Assembly: GCA_964016885.1 (NCBI GenBank)
Contig: OZ024755.1
Span: 20,956,001 to 21,020,000, forward strand
DNA from: Eledone cirrhosa
Lineage: Eukaryota
Direction of reading: 5' to 3'
DNA: 64,000 nucleotides
Shown here: positions 26,730-38,572 of the stretch, one piece after another
How positions within the stretch are numbered: the first letter of the stretch is position 1
Layout: every line of letters begins with the position of its first letter
Translations under genes and position numbers: made by a program
The notes under the pieces: model-generated
What the model saw: only the letters and a program-made list of their open reading frames with translations
Database searches by the model: none
Told to the model about the DNA's origin: nothing

Positions 26730-26804
26730 GGTGACGCGCGTTTCGCTATTGATCAGCTCATGGTTCGAATTGGGCCGACACTGGAATAAAAAGCTCGTCG
26801 GACC
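26730..26804 (-). ncRNA. Hammerhead motif with long stem II and palindromic ACGCGCGU
   Basis: GGU-CCGACGA-GCU...AGC-GAA-ACGCGCGU-C-ACC, then aatcAATAAA; U4>C; inside a TA-flanked insert 26602-26827. Confidence 0.65.
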
Positions 26805-26824
26805 TCTGCTGTTGTAATGATAGA

Positions 26825-26861
<37 letters not shown>

Positions 26862-26908
26862 ATGAAAAGTATAGAAATTGTTGTAGCGAGAAGCTAACAG
26901 TATTCCAT

Positions 26909-26959
<51 letters not shown>

Positions 26960-27714
26960 CTGTTTGTGTGTGATCTTTAATATATATAAATATATATATA
27001 TATATTATGTGACATTGAAAGGGTGACGACCAGAGATAACATGCTATCTATTATATTATCTATGTCTTTATATATTTATAACTGTGCCTGATCTTCAATA
27101 AAATGTGTGCATTTGTTTACGGTTTGTTTACATGCTTCTACCTTAAAATATTATAGTAAACCGCTCCACTAAATGCTAAATAATTATGTAATTTCGTTTT
27201 CATAGAATTGAAATTCCTGCTAGATTTTTCATATTTCCAGCATTTATAAAACACTATCATGTTTTTATTTTATTTTATTATTTTACCGAAGTCTATTCAA
27301 TCGACTCTATATTCCACTGGAAAAATATGTGGCCTTGAAACCAATCGTTATTTACACACAACACACACAATCTATTAACACTGTTCTAATGTTTTGAAAA
27401 TACGCATTTCAGCGATGTAGATGTGTTTATATATAATTGTGTGTGTGATTGTGTAACTCTATGTGCATGATGCCACTGTGTGTATGTTTGTGTGTGCTGT
27501 CTGTGTTTTAATGTGAGTGTGTGACTGTGTGTAACTTAGTATGTTGTCAGTGTGTTTATATTTAATTGTGTGACTGTGCATGGTACTGTGTGTATATTGT
27601 ATGTGTGTTAATATGATTGTGTGACAGTGTGTATGTTGGTGTGTTTTGATGACACTATAATACACTGGATTGCTCGTTGCACTCACCCACCTACCCACCC
27701 AAAACCTACATGTC

Positions 27715-28075
27715 AGGAGCAACCATTTCAAACTGATCCGGCTGAATCCCCAAGCAAGGCCAGCCAAACTCATGGATGTTATCAAACCATCTTGCTTGGG
27801 GTCTACCCCTGGGTCTCCTGCCCGTTGGTTTTGCCTGTAAAATTTGTCCAGCGATTCTTTCCTGAGACATTCTAACCACATGCCCGCAGTATCAGAGCTG
27901 TGATCTCTCAATTCAGAGAAGTAGCAGCTCTATCTGGAGTGACTCTCTGATCTCCAAGCTACACATTCATTCCTGAGACATTCTAACCACATGCCCGTAG
28001 TATTGTAGCTGTGATCTCTCAATACGGAGAAGTGGTGGTTCTACCAGAAGTGATCGCTTAGCTCTCCACTCTATC
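27715..28075 (-). mobile_element. RTE-clade (Expander-like) LINE 3' fragment with partial duplication
   Basis: Minus-strand translation ELLLL*IERSQL*YCGHVVRMSQERIAGQILQAKPTGRRPRGRPQARWFDNI. Confidence 0.8.
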
Positions 28076-28212
28076 AAGTAACATTACTCCAAGGCTGCTG
28101 AAACTTTACAGGATGTTAAAAGTTAATATTACTTAATGTTATTCTTGCCCAAATTCTCTGCTGGGCCATATGGTTAATAGTTTTTAGTGAATCTCTCAGT
28201 ATTATATGACAC

Positions 28213-28577
28213 GGTGGATTGGCAGTATCGGTAGAGGGTCGGACGCCATGCTTTAACGCATAGAGTTACGGCCCTTGCCATTCTGAGTTCAAATCCCGCC
28301 GAGGTTAACTTTGCCTTTCATCCTTACGGGGTCGATAAAATAAAGTACCAGTAATGTACTAGGTAATTTCTGGCCTTGTGCCAATAATAGAAACAATTAT
28401 ATGACAGCTTGTCAGTATCGGTAGAAGGTCGGACGCATAGAGTTACGGCCCTTGCCATTCTGTGTTCAAATCCCACCGAAGTTAACTTTGCCTTTCATCC
28501 TTACGGGGTCGATAAAATAAAGTACCAGTAATGCACTGGGTAATTGCTAGCCTTGTGCCAAAAGTAGAAACAATTAT
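28213..28577 (+). mobile_element. Two tandem tRNA-derived SINEs
   Basis: ggattggcagtatcggtagagggtcggacg (A box), gagttcaaatcccgcc (B box), core and tail, present twice. Confidence 0.85.
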
Positions 28578-28859
28578 ATGACAGCTTGTGTTTTTGATAC
28601 TATTTAAATATTGGTGTAATTAATAATTTGTTGGAGTCTGGTAATTCACTGATATAAACATTCACTAATAGGTATGCTGCATGATCATCATCATCATCAT
28701 CATCGTCGTCGTCATTTAATGTTTGCTTTCCATACTGGCGTGGTTTGGTCAGGTTGTCAGTCTGAGACTCGATGGGTCAAAATAAATCTCATCCTTCTCA
28801 TATGTTCCATATCTTGGCATATTTTTTTTTTTATGGCTTTATGCCCTTCCTTACACCAA

Positions 28860-29215
28860 CCATCTAAAAGAGTGTACTGGGTGCATTTTATCATGGCACT
28901 AGCATTACCACTTCACTGAGTGTACTGAGTACATTTTATCATGGCACAAGCACTACCACTTTACAGCATGTATTGGGTGCATTTTATTATGGGACTATCA
29001 CAACCACTTTACAGAGTGTACTGGGCGTATATCATCATGCCACTAGCACGACCACTTTACAGAGTATACTGGGTGTATATTATGACACTACCCTGCCTAC
29101 ACTTTACAGAGTTCAGTGGAGGCATTTTATCATGACACTACTCCTCCCCTCCACTTTACAGAGAGTACTGGGCACATTTTATCATGTCCTCAGCACTACC
29201 ACTTTACAGAGTGCT
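28860..29215 (+). repeat. Degenerate ~48-bp tandem repeat derived from a SINE-internal unit
   Basis: Recurring ccactttacagagtgtactggg...ttttatcatg; matches the unit in the GAT-tailed SINE at 35900-35970. Confidence 0.7.
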
Positions 29216-29744
29216 ATACTCTTCATTAAGTACTTAGCTATATTTGCAGAAATATATTTCAAGCTTTGCCACTTATAACAACATTCTCTTATTAAAGGTC
29301 ATACATTTAGAAAGTTGTTAAAAAGGCATGTTGCTAAAAAAAAGACTTGTAGGAAACACCCCAATTTAAAGTTCTTGATTTAATTACACTTGATAAAAGT
29401 GGCACATCTTTCTATATATTTGAGAATACAAGAGAATTGGAAGCAAAAATGTTGAATAATAGTATCATAAATAGACATACATCCCCTATACACACACACA
29501 CACATATATAATAGAGAAAAACAAGGAAGATTCGTTTACATATAAAGGATATTTATGTAAACAAAACTTCCTCATTTTTTTTTTCTATTATATACACTCT
29601 GCCTGTGCATAGAGGTCTTGCTTTGGTACCAACACCAGTAATTTAATTCACTGAACCACCTACACTATATATATATTTCAAATGTTGCCATTGTTGTTAT
29701 CAGAAATTTTTCACAGATTTTCTTTATATACGCTATATATCATC

Positions 29745-30316
29745 ATCAGCACCATCACCTATGGATCCTACCAGAAGCATCTGTCTCCAACTGATCCAGT
29801 TGGATCTCCAAACGAGACGAACCAAGCTCACAGATGTTATTTTATCCAACCATCTTGCTTGGGGTCTACCCTTGGGTCTTCTACTGGTTGGTTTTGCCCA
29901 GTAATTCTTTCCTGAGACATTCTAACCACATGTCCTTAGTATCAGAACTATGATCTCTCAATTCAGAGAAGTAGTGGCTCTACCTGGAGTGACTCCAACA
30001 ATTCTTCCTGAGACATTCTAACCACATGTCCATAGTATCAGAACTATGATCTCTCAATTCAGAGAAGTAGTGGCTCTACCTGAAGTGACTCCAACAATTC
30101 TTTCCTGGGACATTCTGACCACATGTCCTTAGTATCAGAACTATGATCTCTCAATTCAGAGAAGTAGTGGCTCTACCTGAAGTGACTCCAACAATTCTTT
30201 CCTGGGACATTCTGACCACATGTCCTTAGTATCAGAACTATGATCTCTCAATTCAGAGAAGTAGTGGCTCTACCTGGAGTGACTCCAACAATTCTTTCCT
30301 GGGACATTCTGACCAC
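29745..30316 (-). mobile_element. Expander-like RTE fragment whose 97-bp segment is tandemly repeated ~4 times
   Basis: Anchor ctg(a/g)gacattct at 29911, 30008, 30105, 30202 and 30299; homologous to 27855-27945. Confidence 0.8.
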
Positions 30317-30694
30317 AATAATGACATCTCAGTAAGCAATGATGCATTATGCTTAAAGAAAATACTGTTTATCTGAATTTTTAATGTTCAGTTTGGCTAC
30401 ACTGATTTAAAACATTAACTGTCTGCCTTGTTCGACATTGATCGATATTATTAATGAATGTGTATGATTTAGGCAGAAGGCCAACAATTTTGTGGGGATG
30501 GGACAATCAAATAAATCAACCTTAAGTTAATGGTACTTTATTTTATTGACCCTGTAAGGATGAAAGGCAAAGCTAACCTTGGTGAGATTTGAACTCAGAA
30601 CGTAAAGGCATGTAACTCTATGCTGCAAACTGTTGTCCGATGCTCAACCAATTACTACCAAGCCACTGCCCTTCGATATTATTAATGAAAGTGT

Positions 30695-30776
30695 ACAAGG
30701 GTTGGCTGAAAAGTTCATATGCTGATGAAGATAGTCTCATGGAATGACCAAATGAGGTTTATTTTTCATAGTCCCT
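30695..30776 (+). mobile_element. Possible mariner terminal fragment
   Basis: ta-caagggttggctgaaaagttcata resembles mariner TIR starts (TA-CGAGGG...AAAAGTT); no partner TIR seen. Confidence 0.35.
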
Positions 30777-30888
30777 GGAAAGAAACAATGCAGTTGCTAA
30801 AAACTGTTGATATTATAGATTGCAAGATTTCATTACCATATTACTAATGAAAGACACAGCCTATGTCTTTAACCTTTTAATTACCATA

Positions 30889-32099
30889 AATTCCAAACCT
30901 GGAAGCAGGGACTAGAGAGAAAGGGCCTCAAAGTCAACATGACAAAGACTAAGGTCCTTATAAGTAGACGAGAAAACAGAACCCAGATCCCCTCAGGGAA
31001 ATGGCCTTGCTCAGTATGTAGGAAAGGTGTAGGTAGGAACTCCATCCTTTGCCCCAAATGCAAACAATGGGTACACAAGAGATGTAGCGGGATCTCAGGA
31101 AGCTTAATTAAGAATGTAGGATTCACATGCAGCAGCTGTGCTGAAACAGCAAGCAAATAGCCACAGGAAACAAGTACCACCAATCTCTGGGAGGGCCCTG
31201 TAGAAACAGTAGACAGCTTCTGCTACCTAGGTGACCGAATTAGCAACGGAGGTGGGTGCTCAGAAAGTACAATAACTAGGGTAAGAACGGGATGGAAGAA
31301 GTTTAGGGAACTACTACCACTGCTAGCTGCAAAAGGCTTCTCCCTCAGAATGAAAGGCAGACTGTATGATGCGTGTATCCGAACAGCGATGTTGCATGGT
31401 AGTGAGACCTGGGCGCTGAAGGTGGAAGACTTACGTAGATTAGAGAGAAACGAAGCCTGCATGCTCCGATGGATGTGTAACAGTAATATACGTGAACGAC
31501 AAAGCATAAATGAATTGAGAGAGAGACTGAGCATAAGAGGAATCAAATGCTGCGTGCAGGAGAGGCGGTTACGCTGGTATGGACATGTGATGCGTATGAA
31601 GGATGACAGCTGCATAAAAAGGTGCAGAGCACTAGAAGTTGATGGAAACCGCGGAGTGGGGAGACCCAAGATGACTTGGGATGAGGTGATAAAAGCCGAC
31701 CTTACCCAACTACACCTCTCAAAGTCAATGACACACGACCGTGACTTCTGGCGTCACGCAGTAATACAGGGTACCCGACCTCCCATGGGTACATGCTGAA
31801 GCATATAAACAATATGCCCCCCCCCCCCACCGCAAGGTGGTCGTGGAGGTGCCACGGCAAAAAAGCACCCAGCCCACACTGTAAAGTGGACGTGTAGGCG
31901 CCACGAAAAAGCACCCAGCACTCACTGTAAATGAGGTTGGTGTTAGGAAGGGCATCCAGCTGTAGAAATCAAGCCAGATCAGTTCCTGTATGAGCAAGGC
32001 ATGGTCAGCCGACCAGACACTGCCCACAACAGGACAACCCGTCTAACCCATGCTAGCGTGGAAGAACGGACGTAAAACGGTGATGATGATGATGATGAT
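30889..32099 (+). mobile_element. 5'-truncated RTE-clade LINE followed by a (GAT)n-tailed 3' segment
   Basis: One frame 30888-31799 with a single TAG at 31158: KGLKVNMTKTK (RT end), CSVC...CPKC...HKRC...CSSC, FCYLGD, LHGSETW, RRLRWYGHVMR, GRPKMTW. Confidence 0.9.
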
Positions 32100-32217
32100 T
32101 TCTAATGAAAGACAGACTGTCTTTAACTATTTCATTACCATATTACTAATGAAAGACACAGCGTATGTCTTTAACCTTTTAATTACCATATTTCTAATGA
32201 AAGACACAGCGTATGTC

Positions 32218-32497
32218 TTTAACCTTTTAATTACCATATTTCTAATGAAAGACTCTGCTTATGATTTGAAAATCATTTTGAAAATAATCAAGAATTTGGG
32301 GGAATTTAGAAATTTGACTAATTTCCTCCTTATTAATCTTGTGTTTAAAGCATAACTTAAATAAAATTACCATTATCGAAAATTCTTAAATAAAATTTTC
32401 ATAGGTTTTATTGAGATAGATATAAACACCTTAAAGTCAACAGTTTTGGATTAAAGAACCAAGGGAGGTTTCAGGTGGTTTAATATCAAAAGGGTTT
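32218..32497 (+). mobile_element. TTAA-type MITE (second family); left end equals the 48-bp satellite unit
   Basis: Starts ttaaccttttaattaccatatttctaatgaaagac, ends atatcaaaagggtt; similar element 34443-34716. Confidence 0.55.
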
Positions 32498-33113
32498 CAT
32501 CCTTCTGTGGTAACACCTGTAGTAAGCATACATCAAGCCAAGTTTGAAACATTTTATCAATTTCTAGTTGTCTTTTCATTTCTCTATTTCGCTACTGTAG
32601 TTATCTCCTAAATATAGAATCCTCTACTCAGCTATTTAGTGGTAAGAAGTGGTAAGAATCTCCCAGGAGAGCTGGACAGCAGGTCTTAAGAGAAGAAACC
32701 CCACTCAAGCAAGTATTTTGGCCATTAACTCAAAAATAATAGTTTCTACTTTAGACAAAAGACCAGCAATTATCCCAGTGCATTACTGGTGCTTTATTTT
32801 ATCAACCTCATGAGGATGAACGGCAAAGTTAACCATAACTATAGCTTTCCAAATACTTTATTATTTTCAAAATCATTTCAAATGCATTAGTAATTTCTTT
32901 CATAAGAAATATGGTAATGAAAGGGTTAGCAATGACCCAAGTTAGTTCAATTAATAAATCCCCCTGAATTCTTGAAAATTAAAAAAATTATTTGAAAATC
33001 AAAGACAGTGTGTCTTTTATTAGAAATATGTTAACGCATGGGTAAAAGGCCAATTTTAGATACATTATTAATTATTGTCAGCCCATCAACTTGCTACCAT
33101 TATGTAAATAAGT

Positions 33114-33319
33114 CTTTATTGTGTTGTATCAGATGAAAGAGTGGTATTTAACTAATGTATTGGTACGCGATGGGGCCCACCCACAAGCCCCGGTGGACAG
33201 AATGGAGAAGGCGTTTCCCCGGAGGACGGCAAGGGAGGCGTGCTGGAAAAGCCACTCCAACTCGCAGGGCTCACACCTGCGGCTGGCCAGCTCAGCGCCT
33301 ATGGTGGTGAGTAAGGAGG
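33114..33319 (-). mobile_element. CRE-like non-LTR retrotransposon 3' end with 11-bp TSD
   Basis: Minus-strand translation LLTTIGAELASRRCEPCELEWLFQHASLAVLRGNAFSILS resembles the CRE C-terminal QRxSxAxxRGNAxSxL motif; AATAAA at the 3' end; TGTAAATAAGT at 33103-33113 and 33320-33330. Confidence 0.7.
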
Positions 33320-33655
33320 TGTAAATAAGTTATGTCAGTAACAAGTTTCGTATTTTGTATCACCAGAAACTTGGGGGGGGGGGGAGTGGGGAAGAGGTCA
33401 ATGAATCATGATGAGGGTTTTTTTTAATAATAATGATTTATTTATTTATTCTTAATAATAATGAAACTGTCAGATTGGTCCTCATGTCAAGTTGCTGAAA
33501 ATACCCCCACCCACCCCCGCTTCTCCGACCAGGTGTAATTTCACAGCAAGACTAAATACATATGTATAAGAGTCTGTATTTTTATTTATTCACTAGCTTG
33601 AAGACACTCTCTCTCTCTCTCACACTCCTCTCTCTCTCTCTATGTATATATATAT

Positions 33656-34039
33656 GGAGGCACATGGCTTAGTTGTTAGAGCATTGGCCTTGCAATCGAA
33701 AGGTTGTGAGTTCAGACCGGGTGATGTGTTGTTTCCTTTAGCAAGACACTTTATTTTTTCACATTGCTCCAGTTTACTCAGCTGTAGAAATGAGATGATA
33801 GGGACTGGGGTCCCTATCATTCCACTGCAAAGTGGTCGTGGAGGTGCCACAGCAAAAAAAAAGCACCCAGCCCACACTGTAAAGTGGACGTGTAGACGCC
33901 ACGGAAAAAAAGCACCCAGCACTCACTGTAAATGAGGTTGGTGTTAGGAAGGGCATCCATCTGTAGAAATCAAGCCAGAATCAGTTCCCGTCCCACCCTT
34001 GCAAGCAGGGAAAAGCAGACGTAAAATGATGATGATGAT
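33656..34039 (+). mobile_element. Full-length CORE-like SINE with RTE-derived (GAT)n tail
   Basis: Head ggaggcacatggcttagttgttagagc, B box gagttcag, core, internal repeats, tail cccgtcccacccttgcaagcagggaaaagcagacgtaaaatgatgat; other copies 35778-36121 (-), 50760-51083 (+), 55077-55340 (-). Confidence 0.8.
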
Positions 34040-35215
34040 ACATACACACACATATAAATAAATATATATATATATGTATAAAAGGCAAAATTGTGGATAT
34101 ATATATATATAAAAGGCAAAAGTGTGGATATATATATATATATGATTTAACTCCATGAGATGATATCTGTAGCTGGACTGGTTTGGTAAGTTAGTGTTCT
34201 TGTTAAGACAAGTAAAACAGCACCAGTCATTAAAGTGACTCATATGATCGATAATAAAGGTGATGTAATAGAAATATTTCTGTTAGTTTCCATCTTAAAG
34301 GTGTGTGGGCTGATTCCTTTACCCAATGGGACCACTTGTAAGATGAAGAAGTTAAGATATACCCCATAACTACAATGAATAAAGTTCTGATCCTTGTATC
34401 TCTAATGGTCTTGTATTCTATTTGCAAATCTGCATTGGGGCATTAACCCTTTCATGTGCATATTTCTAATGAAATATATGGTCTTTCAATTAATTAATCC
34501 TTTCATGATCATATTACTAATGATATACTCTCTATTTCAATTTAATTAATGAAGAATTTTGAGGCATTTACTGAAATTTTTAATCATTTCATTTCTAAGT
34601 AACTTTTAAAGAATTATGTTGGAGGTTTTTAATTTTAATTGGAAACCTTTAAAATGGGTGACTTTACTTCATAGAACCATAGCCAGTTTTGGCTGGGTTG
34701 GTAACTAAAGGGTTTAGAAAGGAACTTAACCCTACTTAAGTCTATCCAGAAAAATATGTACTATCAAGAAATCTTAAATAAGTAAGTGTTAGTGGGAGGG
34801 TGCATGGTCATAAAAACAGTGGGGTTAAAATCAGGCAAACACATTTATGCAATTACATGCAAGCATGGACACACAGACAAACAAACAGACAGATGCAGAT
34901 ATGGCTGTGTTGTTAAGTGTGCTTTACAGCTGTCTGGTTTTAGATTCAATCCCACTGCAAGACACTTTGAACAAGTGCCTTTTACCATAATGTCAGGTTG
35001 ATAGATGTCTTATGAGTGAAAATATGGTAGATGGAGACTTTGTGAAAGTCCATCATTGTTGGCATTGATTAATGTCTGCTTTTTCTGTTAGCATGTATGT
35101 GTGTGAGAGAGCGTGTGTGTGAGCAAAAGTAAATGAATGAACACAGAGAAACAATACAGTACAAGTACTGTAAAGATGTATACATTAGTTTAACGCTTGA
35201 TATAGTAGGAAAGGA

Positions 35216-35253
35216 ATCTTAATATTTCACACTTTAGTCCTTCATCAGAAGAT
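35216..35253 (-). ncRNA. Minimal hammerhead motif, stem II partly decayed
   Basis: AUCUU-CUGAUGA-A-GGAC uaaa GUGU-GAA-AUAU-U-AAGAU. Confidence 0.55.
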
Positions 35254-35343
35254 AAAATAAGAAATAAAAAGATAGGCGAGGGCAAGATGAGGAAGAAATG
35301 TAAAAAAATTGTCAAGAAAGAAAGCATGTATGTGTTTAGTAAG

Positions 35344-35401
<58 letters not shown>

Positions 35402-35513
35402 GTTTGAATATGTGTAATAAAGCCAAAACAATGCAGGTATGGACATAGAAAAGAATGCAATTGTAAAAGATATTGTTGACAATTCGTCCTTTACCTTAGA
35501 TTTATTTAAATGT

Positions 35514-35548
35514 CCTTAATTTTCGAGATTATATCTCTTCTTCAGAGG
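35514..35548 (-). ncRNA. Minimal hammerhead ribozyme (intact core, extra A after A9)
   Basis: CCU-CUGAAGA-A-GAGAU aua AUCUC-GAA-AAUU-A-AGG, AATAAA ~8 nt downstream; inside a TA-flanked insert 35398-35592. Confidence 0.7.
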
Positions 35549-35589
35549 GAAATAAAGGTCTCAAACCAGCGTTCTAAATATCTTGCCAA

Positions 35590-35624
<35 letters not shown>

Positions 35625-35777
35625 CAAATGTATTGATGTGCTGAACCAAGGTCCATTGAACTTATCTATTGGGAAACATAATCATCATATATATTATATA
35701 TGTATTGATACCTTAACATAATGTATATATATATATACATACATATATATATATATATATACATTATATATATATAT

Positions 35778-36121
35778 CATCATCATTCATCATCATCATT
35801 TTACGTCCGCTTTTCCCTGCTTGCAAGGGTGGGACGGGAACTGATTCTGGCTTGATTACTACAGCTGGATGCCCTTCCTAACACCAACCTCATTTACAGT
35901 GAGTGCTGGGTGCTTTTTTGCCGTGGCGTCTACACGTCCACTTTACAGTGAGTGCTGGGTGCTTTTTTTTGCTATCATCTCATTTCTACAGCTGAGTAAA
36001 CTGGAGCAATGTAAAATAAAGTGTCTTGCTCAAGGAAACAACACATCACCTGGTCTGAGAATTGAACTCACAACCTTTCGACTGGAAGGCCAATGCTCTA
36101 ACCACTAAGCCATGTGCCTCC
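35778..36121 (-). mobile_element. Full-length CORE-like SINE with RTE-type tail
   Basis: Reverse complement of 33656-34039. Confidence 0.8.
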
Positions 36122-37139
36122 ACTAATGTGTATGTATGTATGTTCTTTTGGTTTTATAATTTCACAAAATTTTGCCAATAGAGAGAGAGCCGGTTTCTAA
36201 CATAGATACAAGACTCTCTTTGGAATTTACACTTCAACTAGGTAGATATGTATGCATGTGGGCGCAGGTATGGATGTTATGGTATGTGTGGATGTGTATG
36301 TTTTGAGTTGTATGTGTGGATGTGCATATGCTTTGTATCTCTACAAGTGTATATGCAGTTTTTAGATGCAGAATTTTTGAAATGTTTTACATATTTTCAT
36401 TGTTCCATTAATAGATTGTACTTGTAATTTCCTAACTAGTCATGTATGTATGTATATGTATATGTATGTATGTGTATGTATGTTCATGTATCTGTGCGTT
36501 GTGTTTGTCTATGTGAATCATCAGTTCAGAGACACTACTTGACATCTGTCAACGATGTTTGTTTATGTTCCGCAGAAACACAAGTCCGCCCCTGCCCACC
36601 AGTTTTAACATCCAAAAATCAGTATTTTAATAAAACTAATAAAAAACAAAAAAATCTCAACTAACCCATATGATGATGATGATGATGATGATAATGACAC
36701 ATACATATAACTACCCATCCTTAATTATTTAGATATTTATCGTTCTAATTAGCTGTTTGACATGTTTTTTGCCTGTTATTGAACTGTGACATAATAGAAA
36801 TCTCTGCATCGTTTTATAATTTAATTATTTTATTAGTACTTTCTGTCTATCTGGTTGTATGAGACTATTATGTTAATTATATGTGTGTATGTATGTTTGT
36901 ATATATTTGTGTGTATGTATGTTTGTGTGTATGTGTATGTATGTATGTATCTGGTTGTGCAAGACTATTCTGCTAAATATTTATTACATTTATTATGCTA
37001 ATATTTAATTTTGAACAGACCCCCCCCCCCTATTTACTTAGAATATTCCATGCTGGAAGGGGTTTAATCCTTAATGTCATCACCTTCATTATTATCGTCA
37101 TCATCACTGCCACATAAAGATCAAAGTGTAGTATTTCAT

Positions 37140-37695
37140 TAGGTCCTTCTATATTCTGACTTCGAAACCTGCTAAGGTCAACTTTGTCTTGCATCCTTCT
37201 GGGGTTGTCTCTTTAAATTCTGAGTTTAAAACCTGCCAAGGTCAGCTTTGCCTTTCATCCTTCTGGGGTTGTCCCCTTAAATTCTGAGTTTAAATCTTGC
37301 TAAGGTCAACTTCACCTTTCATCCTTCTGGGGTTGTCTCTTTAAATTCTGAGTTTAAAACCTGTTAAGGTCAGCTTTGCCTTTCATCTTTCTGGGGTTGT
37401 CCCCTTAAATTCTGAGTTTAAATCTTCCTACGGTCAACTTCACCTTTCATCCTTCTGGGGTTGTCCCCTTAAATTCTGAGTTTAAATCTTGCTACGGTCA
37501 ACTTCACCTTTCATCCTTCTGGGGTTGTCCCTTTAAATTCTGAGTTTAAATCTTGCTAAGGTCAACTTTGAGGTTAGCTTTGCCTTTCATCCTTACAGGG
37601 TCAATAAAATAAAGTACCAGTAATGCACTGAGGTCAATTTAATTGACTTTCCCCTCCCTCAAATTGTTGTTCTTGTGCCTAAATCAGAAACCATT
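37140..37695 (+). repeat. 64-bp tandem array (~7 units) of the SINE B-box/core segment, ending in a normal SINE tail
   Basis: aattctgagtttaaa...tttcatccttctggggttgtc with period 64 (37220, 37284, 37348...). Confidence 0.85.
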
Positions 37696-38318
37696 ATTAA
37701 ACCATCACAATGTATTTTCTTTCACCCCTCTTTTGCTCTGAAATGTAATTCCCATGAAAAAGACAGTGGTAAAAAAATTAGGATGATGATAATGGCAATG
37801 ATGTTGATAATGATGATGATGATGACAATGATAGCTCTATGACCTACATAGCTGTAATTATGACATGAGAACTTATAGCTGCTGATAGATGAAGTATTGC
37901 ATAATTAGCTAGGTTTTCCTTTACTTTGATTTTCAGTAAGTGATCACTGAACCTGCTAGAAATAGCAGGCAAATCAACTTTTGACAAACCATTTCAAATG
38001 AGTCAGTGAGAGAAACCAGTAAGCGATCACAGAAGTTGCTAGAAATAACAGCCAAATCACACTTTTGATAGTATATTTCATAGGAAATCAGTGTACGTGT
38101 AAGAGTCATTGGTAAAAGATCCTGCTTAACCCCTCCATGACAGTATTTCTGAAGAAATACACTCTACCATCATCACTACCACCATATGTCTTATTCCACG
38201 CTTGCATGGGTTGGACAGATCCTTCTCAATTCAGAATATCTCTACTTGTTCCATGCTTGCATTCGTTTGAGATTCATGATCGTGTTTTACTTATGAATTA
38301 TTGGAACCAGTTCTGTTA

Positions 38319-38572
38319 TAATAATAATAATAATAATGAAATTATTGTGTACAGTGCTCAGGTGCACTACAACTCATCAAAGGTGCATGTATACTACATA
38401 GAATAATGTACAAATGTCAGGAAAATGAACAGTGTACGAGTCATGAAATACATGCGTGTATTTCATGACTCGTACACTGTGTAATGTGGGGGGATATCGG
38501 GTATAGTGTTGGTGAATCTCAGGAAGCATGGAGGTTTTAAAAGATGCAGTGTCTCGACAGCTAATAACTGAT
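38319..38572 (-). mobile_element. CR1 LINE 3' end
   Basis: Reverse complement of 8422-8650; small internal inversion catgaaataca...tatttcatg. Confidence 0.8.

Noticed and set aside
27008-27155. Possible solo LTR (TG start, AATAAA); similar idea for 16600-16900 with TATAAAA
   Set aside because: No CA end with TSD identified
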